A stretch of 64,000 nucleotides of DNA from Hadesarchaea archaeon (GTDB lineage: Archaea > Hadarchaeota > Hadarchaeia > Hadarchaeales > Hadarchaeaceae). The notes under the pieces were generated by a model. That model did no database searches, was not told the DNA's origin, and saw only the letters and a list, made by a program, of their open reading frames with translations. The stretch's first letter is position 1, and each line of letters starts with the position of its first letter. The DNA lies in the NCBI GenBank assembly GCA_029259175.1, contig JAPDJH010000005.1, positions 1-64,000 of the forward strand, written 5' to 3'. Position numbers and translations under genes: made by a program. Below are positions 36,305 through 47,350 of the stretch, piece by piece.

Positions 36305-37098
36305 GCTCTCATTCGACCCTGTTCTGCAGCTTCTGCGCAGCGGCACGAGCGTTTCGAAGGGATGTGCTTAATGCTTTCCAGAATCAACCGCTGAGTTTTG
36401 TGTATGTTTTTCTTCATCAACGCCAAGACCTCGGCATGCGAGACCGGCTTTTTCACCAATCCAGCACCATAGTTTGTTACTATTCCGATGGCGGCATAAC
36501 ATATGCCTAGTTCTCGAGCAAGCACGCACTCGGGAATATTGGTCATTCCAACCAAATCAGCGCCTAGGATCTGAAGTGCTTTAATCTCCGCTGGGGTTTC
36601 AAACCGAGGCCCCTCCATACACGCATAAGTGGCTCTGGGATGCACTTTTATTCCCAATCTCCGGGCGGTCTTCTGCAGGACTGCGCGTAGCTCGGGACAG
36701 TAGGGTTCCGTCATGTCAACATGGACGACCCCCGCTTTGCCCCCCTCATAAAACGTCTGAGAACGCGATTTCGTGAAATCAATGAATTGGGTAAGCAATG
36801 CGAGTTCTCCGGGCTTCATTCTTTTGTTCACAGTTCCAGACGCCGTAGTGGCGAGTATGCGCGAAACCCCTAACTTCTTAAGAGCCCAGATATTCGCTCT
36901 ATAGTTTATACGGTGCGGGGGGACTGTGTGCCCTTTCCCATGTCGAGGAAGGAAAGCAACAACGCGATCGTGAACCCGCGCAAGAGCAATCTGGGATACA
37001 CGACCATACGGTGTTGAAATGGACACTTCCTTTAGTTTTTTTACGCTCTCCAGCGAGTAAACTCCAGACCCTCCAATCACCGCGATTTCGGGTCGCAT
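36301..37098 (-). CDS. mtnP: Methylthioadenosine/methylthioinosine phosphorylase
   Basis: IGGSG, PRHG..HTVPPHRINYRANI, EGPRFETPAE, VGMT, VTNY. Confidence 0.9.
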   Translation of the reverse strand: MRPEIAVIGGSGVYSLESVKKLKEVSISTPYGRVSQIALARVHDRVVAFLPRHGKGHTVPPHRINYRANIWALKKLGVSRILATTASGTVNKRMKPGELALLTQFIDFTKSRSQTFYEGGKAGVVHVDMTEPYCPELRAVLQKTARRLGIKVHPRATYACMEGPRFETPAEIKALQILGADLVGMTNIPECVLARELGICYAAIGIVTNYGAGLVKKPVSHAEVLALMKKNIHKTQRLILESIKHIPSKRSCRCAEAAEQGRMRA

Positions 37099-37143
37099 CT
37101 AAACTTTCTTAAAGGAGTTGGTTAAAAGTGTTCCGACAAAAAA

Positions 37144-37950
37144 CTATCTGCCAAACCTGCGCTCCCGTGCTTGATAATTTCGAATCGCTCTCAAAAACTC
37201 GAGTTTGGTAAACTCGGGCCAATTGGCTTCGCAGAAATAGAACTCGGAATACGCGGACTGCCACAACAGAAAGCCGCTTAATCGCTCTTCTCCACTCGTT
37301 CGGATTATGAGATCTGGATCCGGAAGGCCCGCTGTGTAAAGATTCTGCTCAATCAATTTTTCATTCACTTGATCTGGCTTGAGCTCTCCTCGCTCGATTC
37401 GCTCACAAATCTTTCTCACAGCATGGGCCAGCTCCGCACGCCCGCCGTAACCAATAGCGATGTTGAGAGTATGTCCATCGTAACCGCTTGTTGCTTTTTG
37501 TGCAATTTCTACCGCTTCGCGCACATCGCTGGGGAGCTTGTTCAAATCCCCTATGACCCGAATACGAACCTTGTATTTGTGAACCCGCTCGTCCGCTGCC
37601 GCCTGTTTAAATCTTTCTGCGAAAAGCTTCATCAACGCGCTCACCTCCTCGGGAGACCTCCGAAAGTTCTCTGTTGAAAACGCATATACTGTAACGTGCT
37701 TTATGCCCAGTTCCTGACACCACTCGAGTACCTCTTCGAGCTTGTTGGCTCCTCTCACGTGCCCTGCCACGGGGGGGAGTCCCTGTTTAGAAGCGAATCG
37801 TCTGTTCCCATCTAAAATGATTCCCACGTGTTTTGGTACGCGACCGTGTGCTTTAATTTCTGCTAACAATTGACGCTCATAAGCTCTTGTTATGATACGC
37901 CGCAACCGGGGAATTCCTAGCAACCGGGCTAGGGGGATCTGTTCTATCAT
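37144..37950 (-). CDS. uppS: cis-Prenyltransferase (undecaprenyl diphosphate synthase family)
   Basis: HVGIILDGNRR, YAFSTENFRR, IRTSGEERLSGFLLWQ. Confidence 0.95.
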   Translation of the reverse strand: MIEQIPLARLLGIPRLRRIITRAYERQLLAEIKAHGRVPKHVGIILDGNRRFASKQGLPPVAGHVRGANKLEEVLEWCQELGIKHVTVYAFSTENFRRSPEEVSALMKLFAERFKQAAADERVHKYKVRIRVIGDLNKLPSDVREAVEIAQKATSGYDGHTLNIAIGYGGRAELAHAVRKICERIERGELKPDQVNEKLIEQNLYTAGLPDPDLIIRTSGEERLSGFLLWQSAYSEFYFCEANWPEFTKLEFLRAIRNYQARERRFGR

Positions 37951-37999
37951 CTCACTACTTCTTATGCATCTTGTAAGAAAAAAATTTATTCTTTGGACA

Positions 38000-40657
38000 T
38001 TACAGATATCTCTCGCGATCGGGTTTCGAACGCAACGCCGCCTGTGCTGCGGCCAACCGAGCCACGGGAATACGGAATGGAGAACACGACACGTAATTCA
38101 AGCCTATCTCGTGGCAAAACTCTATAGATTCGGGATCTCCCCCGTGTTCTCCACATATCCCGATTTCCAGATCCGGCCGGCGTTTTCTCCCCAGCTCCAC
38201 AGCGATACGCATCAGCTTCCCTACCCCCACCCGATCCAACACCTGGAAGGGATCATTGGACAAAATCCGCTTCTCCACGTACTGGAACAAGAAGCTGCGC
38301 TCAGCGTCATCACGAGAAAAAGCAAAAGTCATTTGAGTGAGGTCATTCGTGCCGAAAGAGAAGAACTCAGCGTGCTCAGCGATCTCGTCTGCGGTAAGGG
38401 CTGCGCGCGGAACTTCTATCATCGTGCCAAACTTGTACTCGACCTTCACCCCGTACTGTTCCATCACCTCGCGCGCAACACGTTCCAACTGCTCTCTCAC
38501 TACTTTCAGTTCGTTCACATGGGAAACGAGCGGAATCATGATTTCTGGCCGAGGATTCTTGCCCTCCCGCCTTAGTTCACATGCAGCTTCCATGATTGCC
38601 CTAACTTGCATCTCGTTTATTTCTGGTCTCGTTATACCAAGTCGGCACCCGCGCAACCCCATCATCGGGTTCGCTTCCCGCATCTCCTCCACCCGCTTGA
38701 GCAGCTCTTCTACCTCCTTTAGCTTCTCTTTGTCACCGCTGAGTTTTCTTGTGAGCACTTCTTCAAGCAGCTTCTCGTATCGTGGTAAGAACTCGTGCAA
38801 TGGTGGATCCAGCAAACGTATCACGACCGGCAGACCATCCATTATCCGCAGGATTTCCTTAAAGTCGGATTTCTGGAACTGTTGAAGAGTTTTCAGCAGT
38901 TCTCTTCTTTTCTCTGGCGACTCTTCTAGAATCACCTCGCGGAATATGGGCAATCTCTCCGGCTCGAAAAACATGTGCTCCGTACGGCAGAGCCCTATCC
39001 CCTGAGCCCCGAGTTCTCTGGCCTTCTGGGCGTCGCGCGGATAGTCGGCATTGGCCCAGTTCTCCAACCGCTTCACTTCGTCGCACCACTGCAGAAGAGT
39101 CAACAGTTCCTTGGAAAACCCGGGCTCGATGAGTGGGGCTTCGCCTAAAATCACGTCTCCAGTCGTTCCATTGATGGTTATCAGGTCCCCTTCCTTGATT
39201 ACCATATCACCGACGCGTATCTCTTTCTTCTCCAAATCGATGTCTAGCGCCTCACATCCAACGACAGCTGGTTTTCCGAGCCCTCGTGTCACAACAGCTG
39301 CATGACTTGTCATCCCCCCTCGCGACGTAAGCACACCCTGCGATGCTATGATTCCGCCCACGTCGTCGGGATTCGTCTCCGGGCGAACCAAAATGACCTT
39401 CTCCCCCTGCTCTCCCAATTCCTTGGCCCGCTCCGAATCAAACACAACTTTACCTACGGCTGCACCTGGACTCGCGTTGAGGCCTTTTGCAATAATCTTC
39501 ACTCTGGCTTTGGGGTCTACTTGTTTGTGTAGTAACTGGATCAGTTGGGCCGGTTCAATCCGAAGAATGGCCTCTTCACGCGTTATCAGACCTTCGGTCG
39601 CCATGTCAACGGCTATCTTCACGGCCGCTTGAGCTGTGCGCTTTCCGGTCCGTGTCTGCAACATGTAGAGCTTTCCACGTTCGACTGTAAACTCCATGTC
39701 CTGCATGTCACGATAGTATTGCTCCAGCTTATCGGAGATCTCGACCAGTTGGCTGTAAATCTCTGGCCAGCGTTGCTGGAGTTCGGAAATCTTTAGAGGA
39801 GTGCGTATGCCTGCCACAACATCTTCGCCTTGGGCATTAAACAAAAACTCTCCATACAATCCCTTTTCGCCAGTGGCGGGGTTCCGGGTGAACGCAACAC
39901 CCGTGCCCGAGTCCTCACCCATGTTTCCGAAAACCATGGTCACGATGTTCACAGCGGTGCCCAAATCGTGCGGGATTTTGTAGAAGTTTCTGTATTCTAT
40001 GGCCCGCTTATTGTTCCACGATTTGAAAACCGCTGCTATCGCCAACTCCAATTGTTTCCAAGGATCTGTCGGGAACTCTTGGCCCGTCTCTTTCGCGACC
40101 AGTTTCTTGAACTCCTTTACGATTCCCTCCAAATCCTTAGCAGAGAGATCCGTGTCTTTTTCCGCGCCTACTTTTTTCTTCCAGCTTTCAAAAATCTCGT
40201 CGAATTTTTCGCCCGGAATACCGAGCACGACTTTTCCGAACATATGGATAAAACGACGATACGAATCATATGCAAAACGTTCATTTTTGGTTTGCTTAAT
40301 AAGGCCCTGAACCGTTTCGTCGTTCAGGCCCAAGTTGAGGATAGTATCCATCATGCCTGGCATAGAAAGCATTGCCCCGGAACGAACCGAAACCAGCAAA
40401 GGGTTTGTAGGATCTCCGAACTTTTTACCAGTCAAGTCTTCCAATTTCTTCATTGCCTGCTTCACTTCGTCCATCAGTCCCTCCGGTAGCTGTTCGCCGA
40501 GTTCATAGTATTTTCGGCACACCTCAGTGGTTATGACAAAGCCCGGCGGTACCGGGATGCCCAGTTGCGTCATTGCACAGAGACCAGCACCCTTTCCTCC
40601 TAACAAACGCTTATTGGAAGGATCGCCCTCGTCATAGAAATACAGGTTTTTACTCAT
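38000..40657 (-). CDS. ppdK: Pyruvate, phosphate dikinase
   Basis: LGGKGAGL, VSVRSGA..SMPGMMDT, GGMTSHAAV, GLCRTEHMF, FSFGTNDLTQ. Confidence 0.97.
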   Translation of the reverse strand: MSKNLYFYDEGDPSNKRLLGGKGAGLCAMTQLGIPVPPGFVITTEVCRKYYELGEQLPEGLMDEVKQAMKKLEDLTGKKFGDPTNPLLVSVRSGAMLSMPGMMDTILNLGLNDETVQGLIKQTKNERFAYDSYRRFIHMFGKVVLGIPGEKFDEIFESWKKKVGAEKDTDLSAKDLEGIVKEFKKLVAKETGQEFPTDPWKQLELAIAAVFKSWNNKRAIEYRNFYKIPHDLGTAVNIVTMVFGNMGEDSGTGVAFTRNPATGEKGLYGEFLFNAQGEDVVAGIRTPLKISELQQRWPEIYSQLVEISDKLEQYYRDMQDMEFTVERGKLYMLQTRTGKRTAQAAVKIAVDMATEGLITREEAILRIEPAQLIQLLHKQVDPKARVKIIAKGLNASPGAAVGKVVFDSERAKELGEQGEKVILVRPETNPDDVGGIIASQGVLTSRGGMTSHAAVVTRGLGKPAVVGCEALDIDLEKKEIRVGDMVIKEGDLITINGTTGDVILGEAPLIEPGFSKELLTLLQWCDEVKRLENWANADYPRDAQKARELGAQGIGLCRTEHMFFEPERLPIFREVILEESPEKRRELLKTLQQFQKSDFKEILRIMDGLPVVIRLLDPPLHEFLPRYEKLLEEVLTRKLSGDKEKLKEVEELLKRVEEMREANPMMGLRGCRLGITRPEINEMQVRAIMEAACELRREGKNPRPEIMIPLVSHVNELKVVREQLERVAREVMEQYGVKVEYKFGTMIEVPRAALTADEIAEHAEFFSFGTNDLTQMTFAFSRDDAERSFLFQYVEKRILSNDPFQVLDRVGVGKLMRIAVELGRKRRPDLEIGICGEHGGDPESIEFCHEIGLNYVSCSPFRIPVARLAAAQAALRSKPDRERYL

Positions 40658-40679
40658 GTTCTCTCTACTCACCAAGTTG

Positions 40680-43600
40680 TTAATGGTTTTTTAACTTTTT
40701 GTCAAATCGTGTTCGGACAGAAGCGACCTCGCGATAAAACTCTTTCAAAACCTCAATGTAGTCCTTTTTCCCGTTTTCAACGTCGTCCATTGCCTGCTGT
40801 ACCACTCTCGTTCGCTCTTCTGAAATTAAATCGGCAAAGTGCTTGGTGAGAAAACGGTCAACCAGCATTCCTCGAGATGTGGGCAAGAGCTTGGATTTTC
40901 TTTCTACCACGTATTCTCGTGTAAACAATTTCGATAGAAGGGTTGAAAAGGTAGAAGGCCGGCCTATTCCTCTCTCCCTCATTTTGGTGACCACCTCTGC
41001 TTGGGTAAAGAGATCGACCTTGCTCTTTCTGGTCCAAACCAACAATCCCTGTTGTCTACCGGGAGTGAGAGGCTTGTCTACACGAATCTGCCAAGGATAA
41101 AGCTCAAGTGCCGTTCCTTTTGCAGAGATCGTACGAACTTCCTCTTTCTCGATGCGCACTGGCCAAACTTTGATCAAATATTTGACCCGTTCCAACTGGA
41201 ACTTGGGGGATTGACTCGCCATAAAACGGCGGAAAATGAGATCATATGCTTTGAAGTGCTTCAACGTGAGTGGAACCGAAACTTGAATAGCCCCCCGGTA
41301 CACCATGTCTCTCAAAGCGTGGACATTTACTGGTCGTGTAGGTCTTATGCACTCGTGGGCGCCTTCTTCGCCCATCGACCATTTTCTGCCTTCGAAATTC
41401 TCACCGAGATATTGACGTGCGATTTGTAATCCTCTATCGGAAACCCTAACACTATCAGTCCGGTGATAGGTGATCAGACCGTTCTCAAAAAGATCCTGCA
41501 ACAACCGCATGGCCTCATCGGTTCCTACTCTCAAGAACCTGTTTAAATCTCTCAACACCGTGTCGGTAGAATAAGGAGGCAAAGGAGTCTGGTCCGATCT
41601 CTCCCGTTGCACCTCGACTATCTCTACTGTGCAATGTAATGGTCTATACAGCCGCAATCGGAGATCCTCTTCACTTCCGAGGAAAATCCAGCCATCGGAT
41701 AGCTTTAACAAATAGTGTTTGATTTTCTGTTGATATTGTCGATAGCGTTCGATTATCCAGCTGAGTACGGGAGATTGTGCTCTGCCAGCTGAAAGATTCC
41801 TTTCCCGAAAATGCTGTTGAAGGAGTGTTGACAATTCAAATCCTATCCACCGGTCTTCTATCCTTCTAACAAGCTGGGCTTTTACTCTGTTCTCATTGAT
41901 CTCGCGCAGGTTTTCAAGAGAGTGAGTTATGGCTCTCCTAGTAACTTCGTGAAACTCGGCTCGTCTTACAGCAATCCCTGGGCCTGCTGCGAGATTGGCG
42001 AGATCCCAAGCTATTTTTTCTCCTTCCGTGTCTGGATCGGTGGCTAAAATCAACATACCGGTCGCCCTTACCATCAGCGCTATGCGACGAATTCTCCTAG
42101 CAGAATCGTCGTCCGCTATTTTACCGCAAATGGGACACTTTTCTCCTGCGACCCATTGAGCCCCATCAGCGCGGCACTTTTTGATCGATCCGTAGACGGG
42201 AACAAAACGCGTTGGCTCTACAATGATTCCATGATAATGTCCGCGTTCCACCAGATCGACCACATGGCCAAGCGATGCTGTGATAACCAGTACAAAATTC
42301 TCGGTCATCACTTCGTAAAACGGCTGCTCATCTACGAAGAAGATGGCTGGCTTTCCGAAGAACCTCGATATTTGCTTGGCCTTAGTCGGGCTTTCAACCA
42401 CAAAAACTGCTGGATAGACCACGTCGCGTGTTTCCTCCATACTCCGCGCGTATTGTTCTCTGCTCTCCACCAGCTCTCTTTTCTTCTGACCCAGCTGATC
42501 TATGGGGATGGAAGGTTTCACCTCTATATCGTAATAGGAGGCTCGAAGACGAAAAGCCTCTATCATCTCTTGGCGATCCAAAATTATTGCCAAGCCTTTG
42601 GTAATCCCCCCCGCGAACAGCCTTGACGTTCTCCCACTCGCTTGTATGTAGGTCGCGATATCGGGGACTATCAGACTCTGCTCTTCTACGACCACATCTT
42701 CGGTTCTTAACTCGAACTGTCTTTTTTCGAATATCTCTTTTATCCGCTGACGCGCTTTTTCTCTTTTGACCTTGTCGGTGAGTATGTACGGAATCAAAGA
42801 CTCGAGTTGTTTGTCCCTACGAAAGACCGACGCGAGCAACAAAAGCATGCGTGGAGAGGCTTCACTCACGTCTCTTATACTAACACGAAAGCTCGGAATC
42901 GACAAGAAAACAGCGTACTGAATCCTGCGAGGGTAATCGAGTCCCCGAACCAACAATCCGTAGTGAGATGCTACACCAACGAGCACCGCAGTCTTGTCTT
43001 CCAAAAAACGATCTATCTCGTTTTCTACCTCTTTCTTGCTTATGCCCGAGACTATAGCAGCCGCTGGAATCCCATTCTCTGAGAGAAATAACGCGACGCA
43101 CTTCGCCTCTGCTTCTCCGGAAACAAAAACCAAACCGCCTGAGCCCAATGCGTTGAGAATTCTCAGCAGAACCTTTTGTTTCTCCTCTTCATTTTTAACC
43201 ACTATGAAATAATCGTCAATATTTCGCAGTGCGGACCTGCTCGAACCAACAGAGAACCCCAGCAACTTCGTAAAGAGAGCGGCTTTCCTGCCCGGTCTAG
43301 CTGTTGCTGTCGATACCATTATCTGGCCACGGGGCGAATCGTTCGTCCTCTCTTGAGATTGGATTTCTTTTTCCGTGAATCCCAGCAAATGCAGTACTCG
43401 CTCCACGTTTTTCGAAGCTTTAAGAATGGCGTCAACATCGTCGACAAAAATGAAGTCGAACAATAGGTGCTTCATACTATCAAAATTCTTAGAAAGAAAA
43501 GCGCTGCTCGTCAAAAGAATGTCAAAATCTCCTTCGCCCAATTTTTTGCGGAACTCCTCTTTTTCACTCTTCTTCATGTTTGGCAAGTATCCAAGAATTC

Positions 43601-44000
43601 TCACGTTTTTCGTTATCTTTCCGAGCTGTCGAAAAATCTGCTGCAGAAGCGAAGTGGTCGGCACGATGATATAGCTTTTTTTCCCTTTTTCTTCAGCCAG
43701 CCAAGCGGAATACATAGTACCGAAAAACGTTTTGCCCACCCCCGTGGGAGCTACAGCGGCAAAGCTCAGACCCAGTGACAGCTTTCTAAACCAATACCGT
43801 TGCAACTTTTTCAGTTGCCTGCCTGTGCGCTCTCGAAAATATCGCTCGAAACTCTCAATATCTCGTATTCTGAATCTCTCATCAATGGTCTTTCCCGTAT
43901 GAGCACATCGGCCTTCACGCAATTCATCAGTGGTGATGGCGCCTCCGCACACTGGACACAATCCCTCATAGACTGCTGGGATCTCTGAGCCCCGCCACAC
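40680..44000 (-). CDS. rgy: Reverse gyrase (start uncertain: GTG 44000 or ATG 44033)
   Basis: N-terminal CPVCGG Zn finger; APTGVGKT; DDVD; YIQASGRTSRL; VESPTKA TOPRIM; ITYHRTDS catalytic Tyr; GIGRPST. Confidence 0.96.
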   Translation of the reverse strand: MWRGSEIPAVYEGLCPVCGGAITTDELREGRCAHTGKTIDERFRIRDIESFERYFRERTGRQLKKLQRYWFRKLSLGLSFAAVAPTGVGKTFFGTMYSAWLAEEKGKKSYIIVPTTSLLQQIFRQLGKITKNVRILGYLPNMKKSEKEEFRKKLGEGDFDILLTSSAFLSKNFDSMKHLLFDFIFVDDVDAILKASKNVERVLHLLGFTEKEIQSQERTNDSPRGQIMVSTATARPGRKAALFTKLLGFSVGSSRSALRNIDDYFIVVKNEEEKQKVLLRILNALGSGGLVFVSGEAEAKCVALFLSENGIPAAAIVSGISKKEVENEIDRFLEDKTAVLVGVASHYGLLVRGLDYPRRIQYAVFLSIPSFRVSIRDVSEASPRMLLLLASVFRRDKQLESLIPYILTDKVKREKARQRIKEIFEKRQFELRTEDVVVEEQSLIVPDIATYIQASGRTSRLFAGGITKGLAIILDRQEMIEAFRLRASYYDIEVKPSIPIDQLGQKKRELVESREQYARSMEETRDVVYPAVFVVESPTKAKQISRFFGKPAIFFVDEQPFYEVMTENFVLVITASLGHVVDLVERGHYHGIIVEPTRFVPVYGSIKKCRADGAQWVAGEKCPICGKIADDDSARRIRRIALMVRATGMLILATDPDTEGEKIAWDLANLAAGPGIAVRRAEFHEVTRRAITHSLENLREINENRVKAQLVRRIEDRWIGFELSTLLQQHFRERNLSAGRAQSPVLSWIIERYRQYQQKIKHYLLKLSDGWIFLGSEEDLRLRLYRPLHCTVEIVEVQRERSDQTPLPPYSTDTVLRDLNRFLRVGTDEAMRLLQDLFENGLITYHRTDSVRVSDRGLQIARQYLGENFEGRKWSMGEEGAHECIRPTRPVNVHALRDMVYRGAIQVSVPLTLKHFKAYDLIFRRFMASQSPKFQLERVKYLIKVWPVRIEKEEVRTISAKGTALELYPWQIRVDKPLTPGRQQGLLVWTRKSKVDLFTQAEVVTKMRERGIGRPSTFSTLLSKLFTREYVVERKSKLLPTSRGMLVDRFLTKHFADLISEERTRVVQQAMDDVENGKKDYIEVLKEFYREVASVRTRFDKKLKNH

Positions 44001-44058
44001 GAAGTATTCTGGACACGAGCGCTTAAGAGGCATTGCGAGCCATAACAATGGGAAATCC

Positions 44059-44940
44059 ATGGAGGAACTGATTCGGATATCGCCTGGATTCGGAGGATTC
44101 GACTTCCCCTATGACAAAGCGGAAGTGGTTTTTCTTGGTATCCCGCTCGATGTTACTTCTAGCTATAGGGCTGGTTATCGTTTCGCTCCAGCCAAGATTC
44201 GCGAAGCTTCGGCAAATTTGGAAACGTATCTTCCAGAATTCGGACTCGATGTCTTCGAAACTCTAAACATAACAGACATGGGCGACGTAGTTCCAACACC
44301 AACCGATATGGAAAGTACAGGAGAGAGGATAAAGAAATTTGTAAGCCGTATTGTCAAAGATGGCAAGTTCCCCATCCTGCTTGGAGGAGAACACACGTTG
44401 ACCTACTTCTCAATCCAAGCTTTCGATGATCTGTTTCTGATTCACCTGGACGCTCACAGAGATTTGCGCGATGAATATCTTGGCGATCGAGTCTGTCACG
44501 CAACTGTCGCACGTAGAGTCCTAGATTTGCTCGAAGCTGACCGACTAATCCAAGTTGGCATTCGCTCGTGCTCAAAAGAGGAAGCGGAATACGCGAAGAC
44601 CAAAAAAATCAAGAGCTTTTCTTCGGCAGAACTTCAAGCTAGTATAGCCCGAATTGTTTCAGAAGTAAAACAAACAGTTGCTTCACATCCAGTGTACCTC
44701 ACGATCGACTTGGATGTGCTCGATCCAGCATTTGCTCCAGCTGTTGCGACTCCGGAACCAGGCGGGCTCACGGTCTCCGAACTCTTCACATTCATTCGTG
44801 AGTTGCGCGACTTGAACCTTGTGGGCTGCGACATAGTAGAGTTCGTGCCGCCTTATGATAACGGAAACACAGCATTCGTTGCTGCAAAAACCGCGTATCA
44901 CGTGCTTGGTGTGCTCTCCCTCAAAAAAGCAACTACTTGA
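44059..44940 (+). CDS. speB: Agmatinase
   Basis: [28 protein letters not shown]. Confidence 0.92.
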   Translation: MEELIRISPGFGGFDFPYDKAEVVFLGIPLDVTSSYRAGYRFAPAKIREASANLETYLPEFGLDVFETLNITDMGDVVPTPTDMESTGERIKKFVSRIVKDGKFPILLGGEHTLTYFSIQAFDDLFLIHLDAHRDLRDEYLGDRVCHATVARRVLDLLEADRLIQVGIRSCSKEEAEYAKTKKIKSFSSAELQASIARIVSEVKQTVASHPVYLTIDLDVLDPAFAPAVATPEPGGLTVSELFTFIRELRDLNLVGCDIVEFVPPYDNGNTAFVAAKTAYHVLGVLSLKKATT

Positions 44941-45451
44941 TTAGGTCTGCTCCTTTGTCGATCACCACACGAGTGGGCATTGGGAACTTCATCGAAGCCC
45001 TTCGCAACGCCTCTTTTGCCCACTGAACAAACTCTGGATTTACTCGAACCGTCATTATTTTCTGACCCGGCCGCACACGTGCTGCAGAACCGATGGGCTT
45101 TCCAAAAGCTCTCCGCATTCCGTCCGAAATCCGGTCAGCGCCAGCGCCCGCTGCCATCGGATTTTCTCTCAAAACATGGTGGGGAAAAATCCTTATCTTG
45201 AAGTGATAGTTTTCTTTTCCCACTTTTGTCTCCAAAACTCGATTTGCCGCCACCCTAGCCGCTTCGAGAGCGTTGTGCCGAATCTGTCCTTGCTCGCTGG
45301 ATACCAAAGAGAGCTCCACCGCGAAATCTCCTTTTGGATTACCCATATCGTAGAAAGTTACTCTCGGCGGAGGGGCACCTTTGATGAACTCTCTACGCGT
45401 ATAAGCCGGCCCGCTAAAGTACCGATAGGTCTTAGCTGGTCTTAGCGGCAT
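44933..45451 (-). CDS. rpl10e: 50S ribosomal protein uL16 (L10e)
   Basis: [35 protein letters not shown]. Confidence 0.97.
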   Translation of the reverse strand: MPLRPAKTYRYFSGPAYTRREFIKGAPPPRVTFYDMGNPKGDFAVELSLVSSEQGQIRHNALEAARVAANRVLETKVGKENYHFKIRIFPHHVLRENPMAAGAGADRISDGMRRAFGKPIGSAARVRPGQKIMTVRVNPEFVQWAKEALRRASMKFPMPTRVVIDKGADLIK

Positions 45452-45527
45452 GTCTATCCACCAACCTACGAAGGAAGATTTACTATAAAAAACCAAAAGG
45501 TGATAGTTAGAGAGGCTGGGAGGTCAC

Positions 45528-46187
45528 ATGTACGTGGTAATCGTTGGAGGAGGTAGAACAGGTTTCCGTTTAGCTAAGAGACTAAGCGAGAGGGGTCACA
45601 ATGTAGCTCTTATTGAAAAAGACGAGAAACGTGCAAACGAAATCGCCGCTCAGCTGAACGTTTTAGTGATAAAGGGCAACGGGGCCGAGTTGGACGTGTT
45701 GAAAGATGCGGGCATCCAACGAGCGGACGCTCTCGTTGCTCTGACTGATGCCGATGAGGTAAATCTGATGTCTTGTGAGCTGGCAAAGAAGATGGGAGTG
45801 CCGCGGGTCATCGCAAGAGTAAACGAGGAAGAACACGCCAGAATGTTCGAAACCCTAGGCATCGACGTAGCGATAAGCATACCGAGTACTGTCGTGATGA
45901 TTTTTGAAAAAGTCGTAACGGGTCCTAAGGGAGCATACAGTCTCTTGGGAATCGGAGGAGGAAAAGGAGAGGTTGTCGAGGTCGTGGTAAACCCGGAATC
46001 GAAAGTGGTTGGAAAAACAATAAAGGAACTGGATTTGCCGAAAGATGTCACCATCGGAATAATTGTGCGAAACGATGAGCTTGTGCCACCACGAGGGGAC
46101 ACGGTCATTCAAGCTGGTGACATGCTGACCATCCTCGGAAAGCCTTCAGCTGTTTTAAAATTTGCAAAGCTCGTGACCAAATCTTAG
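45528..46187 (+). CDS. trkA: TrkA-family K+ transport regulatory protein (RCK N+C)
   Basis: IVGGGRTG, DAGIQRAD, PRGDTVIQAGD. Confidence 0.88.
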   Translation: MYVVIVGGGRTGFRLAKRLSERGHNVALIEKDEKRANEIAAQLNVLVIKGNGAELDVLKDAGIQRADALVALTDADEVNLMSCELAKKMGVPRVIARVNEEEHARMFETLGIDVAISIPSTVVMIFEKVVTGPKGAYSLLGIGGGKGEVVEVVVNPESKVVGKTIKELDLPKDVTIGIIVRNDELVPPRGDTVIQAGDMLTILGKPSAVLKFAKLVTKS

Positions 46188-47335
46188 GCGTGGAGTTCTA
46201 CAATATCCCCATCCCTCACTTCGTAACTTTTGGAAACTTGTTGGCCGGGAAACTTGGTGGACCCCCACACGCGTGCGTATTTCAGATTTCTCGCTAGGTC
46301 TTTGTGTACAGCCTTTGCCACGTCGAGGATTGTAGAGTGCTTCTTCAGAACCAAAGGACGGTCTGAGGGCTCGCCATCAGGCGGTTTGGTAAACACCCTG
46401 ATCAAGTCCAGTGATTTGAAGATCTTGCGCTTCACTTCCTCCAAATCTTCTTCACCTACCATGATTATCTCGAAATCCTTACCGAAGCGTTCAAGCAAAG
46501 CTGACAACTTTCTCTCGATATCGGGAATATCTTTTCTCGCCACCAAAACAAAGGCTTTTTTGAACGCCACCGATTTTCCTACTAGTTCCCGCAGTTGAGC
46601 AGGAGAGACGGGCTCCCAGATAACCACATGAGCATTGAACACCCCGTGATCTTGCAGAATTTCTCTTACGTGCTCTTCTCCGCCGGAAACCAAATGTGCG
46701 CCCACAACCTCTATCCCGCCCGACGATCTTTCTTCTATTTTGACCGCAGGGGGCTTTTTGTTCACTTTAATCCCAACTCGCTCGAGTTCTCGGAGAAGGA
46801 CATTCAGTTCCTCTACCGGATCATCAGTCGCACCCAAGACAAGTCCAATCGCATCAGCAGTTCTAGCTAAACTCAGGGGTTTCAAACCAAGACCACGACC
46901 TTCGGATGAACCCTCCACCACACCAGGGGCCTCGACCAACTGAATCTGAACACCATCGATTTCCATCATCGCAGGAACGGGTTCAAGCGTTGTGAACGGG
47001 TAATCTGCTATTTCCGGCTTGGCTGCCGTCAGCTTACTCAGAAGGGTCGATTTGCCAGAATTTGGAAAGCCTAAGAAAACGACTTGCGCAGCGCCCTCTT
47101 TTTTGATCGCAAACGCTTGAGTGCTCTTTCCTGCTCGCTTTTTCTCCTTTTCTTTGAGCTCTCGCTGAAGTTTGGCCAATCGTTGTTTCAACATTTTAAG
47201 CAATTTTTCAGTGCCTTTGTGTTTCGGCGCCAACCGGATGAGCTCTCGGGTGAGCTCTATCCGCTCTTCCAACGTCTTGGCGCGAGCATATTGTTCTTCC
47301 ACCTTCAGATACTCGGGCGGGAGATTTGCAGGCAT
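46184..47335 (-). CDS. DRG/OBG-family GTPase with a TGS domain
   Basis: MPANLPPE, PKHKGTE, GFPNSGKS, YPFTT, ARVWG. Confidence 0.9.
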   Translation of the reverse strand: MPANLPPEYLKVEEQYARAKTLEERIELTRELIRLAPKHKGTEKLLKMLKQRLAKLQRELKEKEKKRAGKSTQAFAIKKEGAAQVVFLGFPNSGKSTLLSKLTAAKPEIADYPFTTLEPVPAMMEIDGVQIQLVEAPGVVEGSSEGRGLGLKPLSLARTADAIGLVLGATDDPVEELNVLLRELERVGIKVNKKPPAVKIEERSSGGIEVVGAHLVSGGEEHVREILQDHGVFNAHVVIWEPVSPAQLRELVGKSVAFKKAFVLVARKDIPDIERKLSALLERFGKDFEIIMVGEEDLEEVKRKIFKSLDLIRVFTKPPDGEPSDRPLVLKKHSTILDVAKAVHKDLARNLKYARVWGSTKFPGQQVSKSYEVRDGDIVELHA

Positions 47336-47350
47336 ACTATACCACCCATG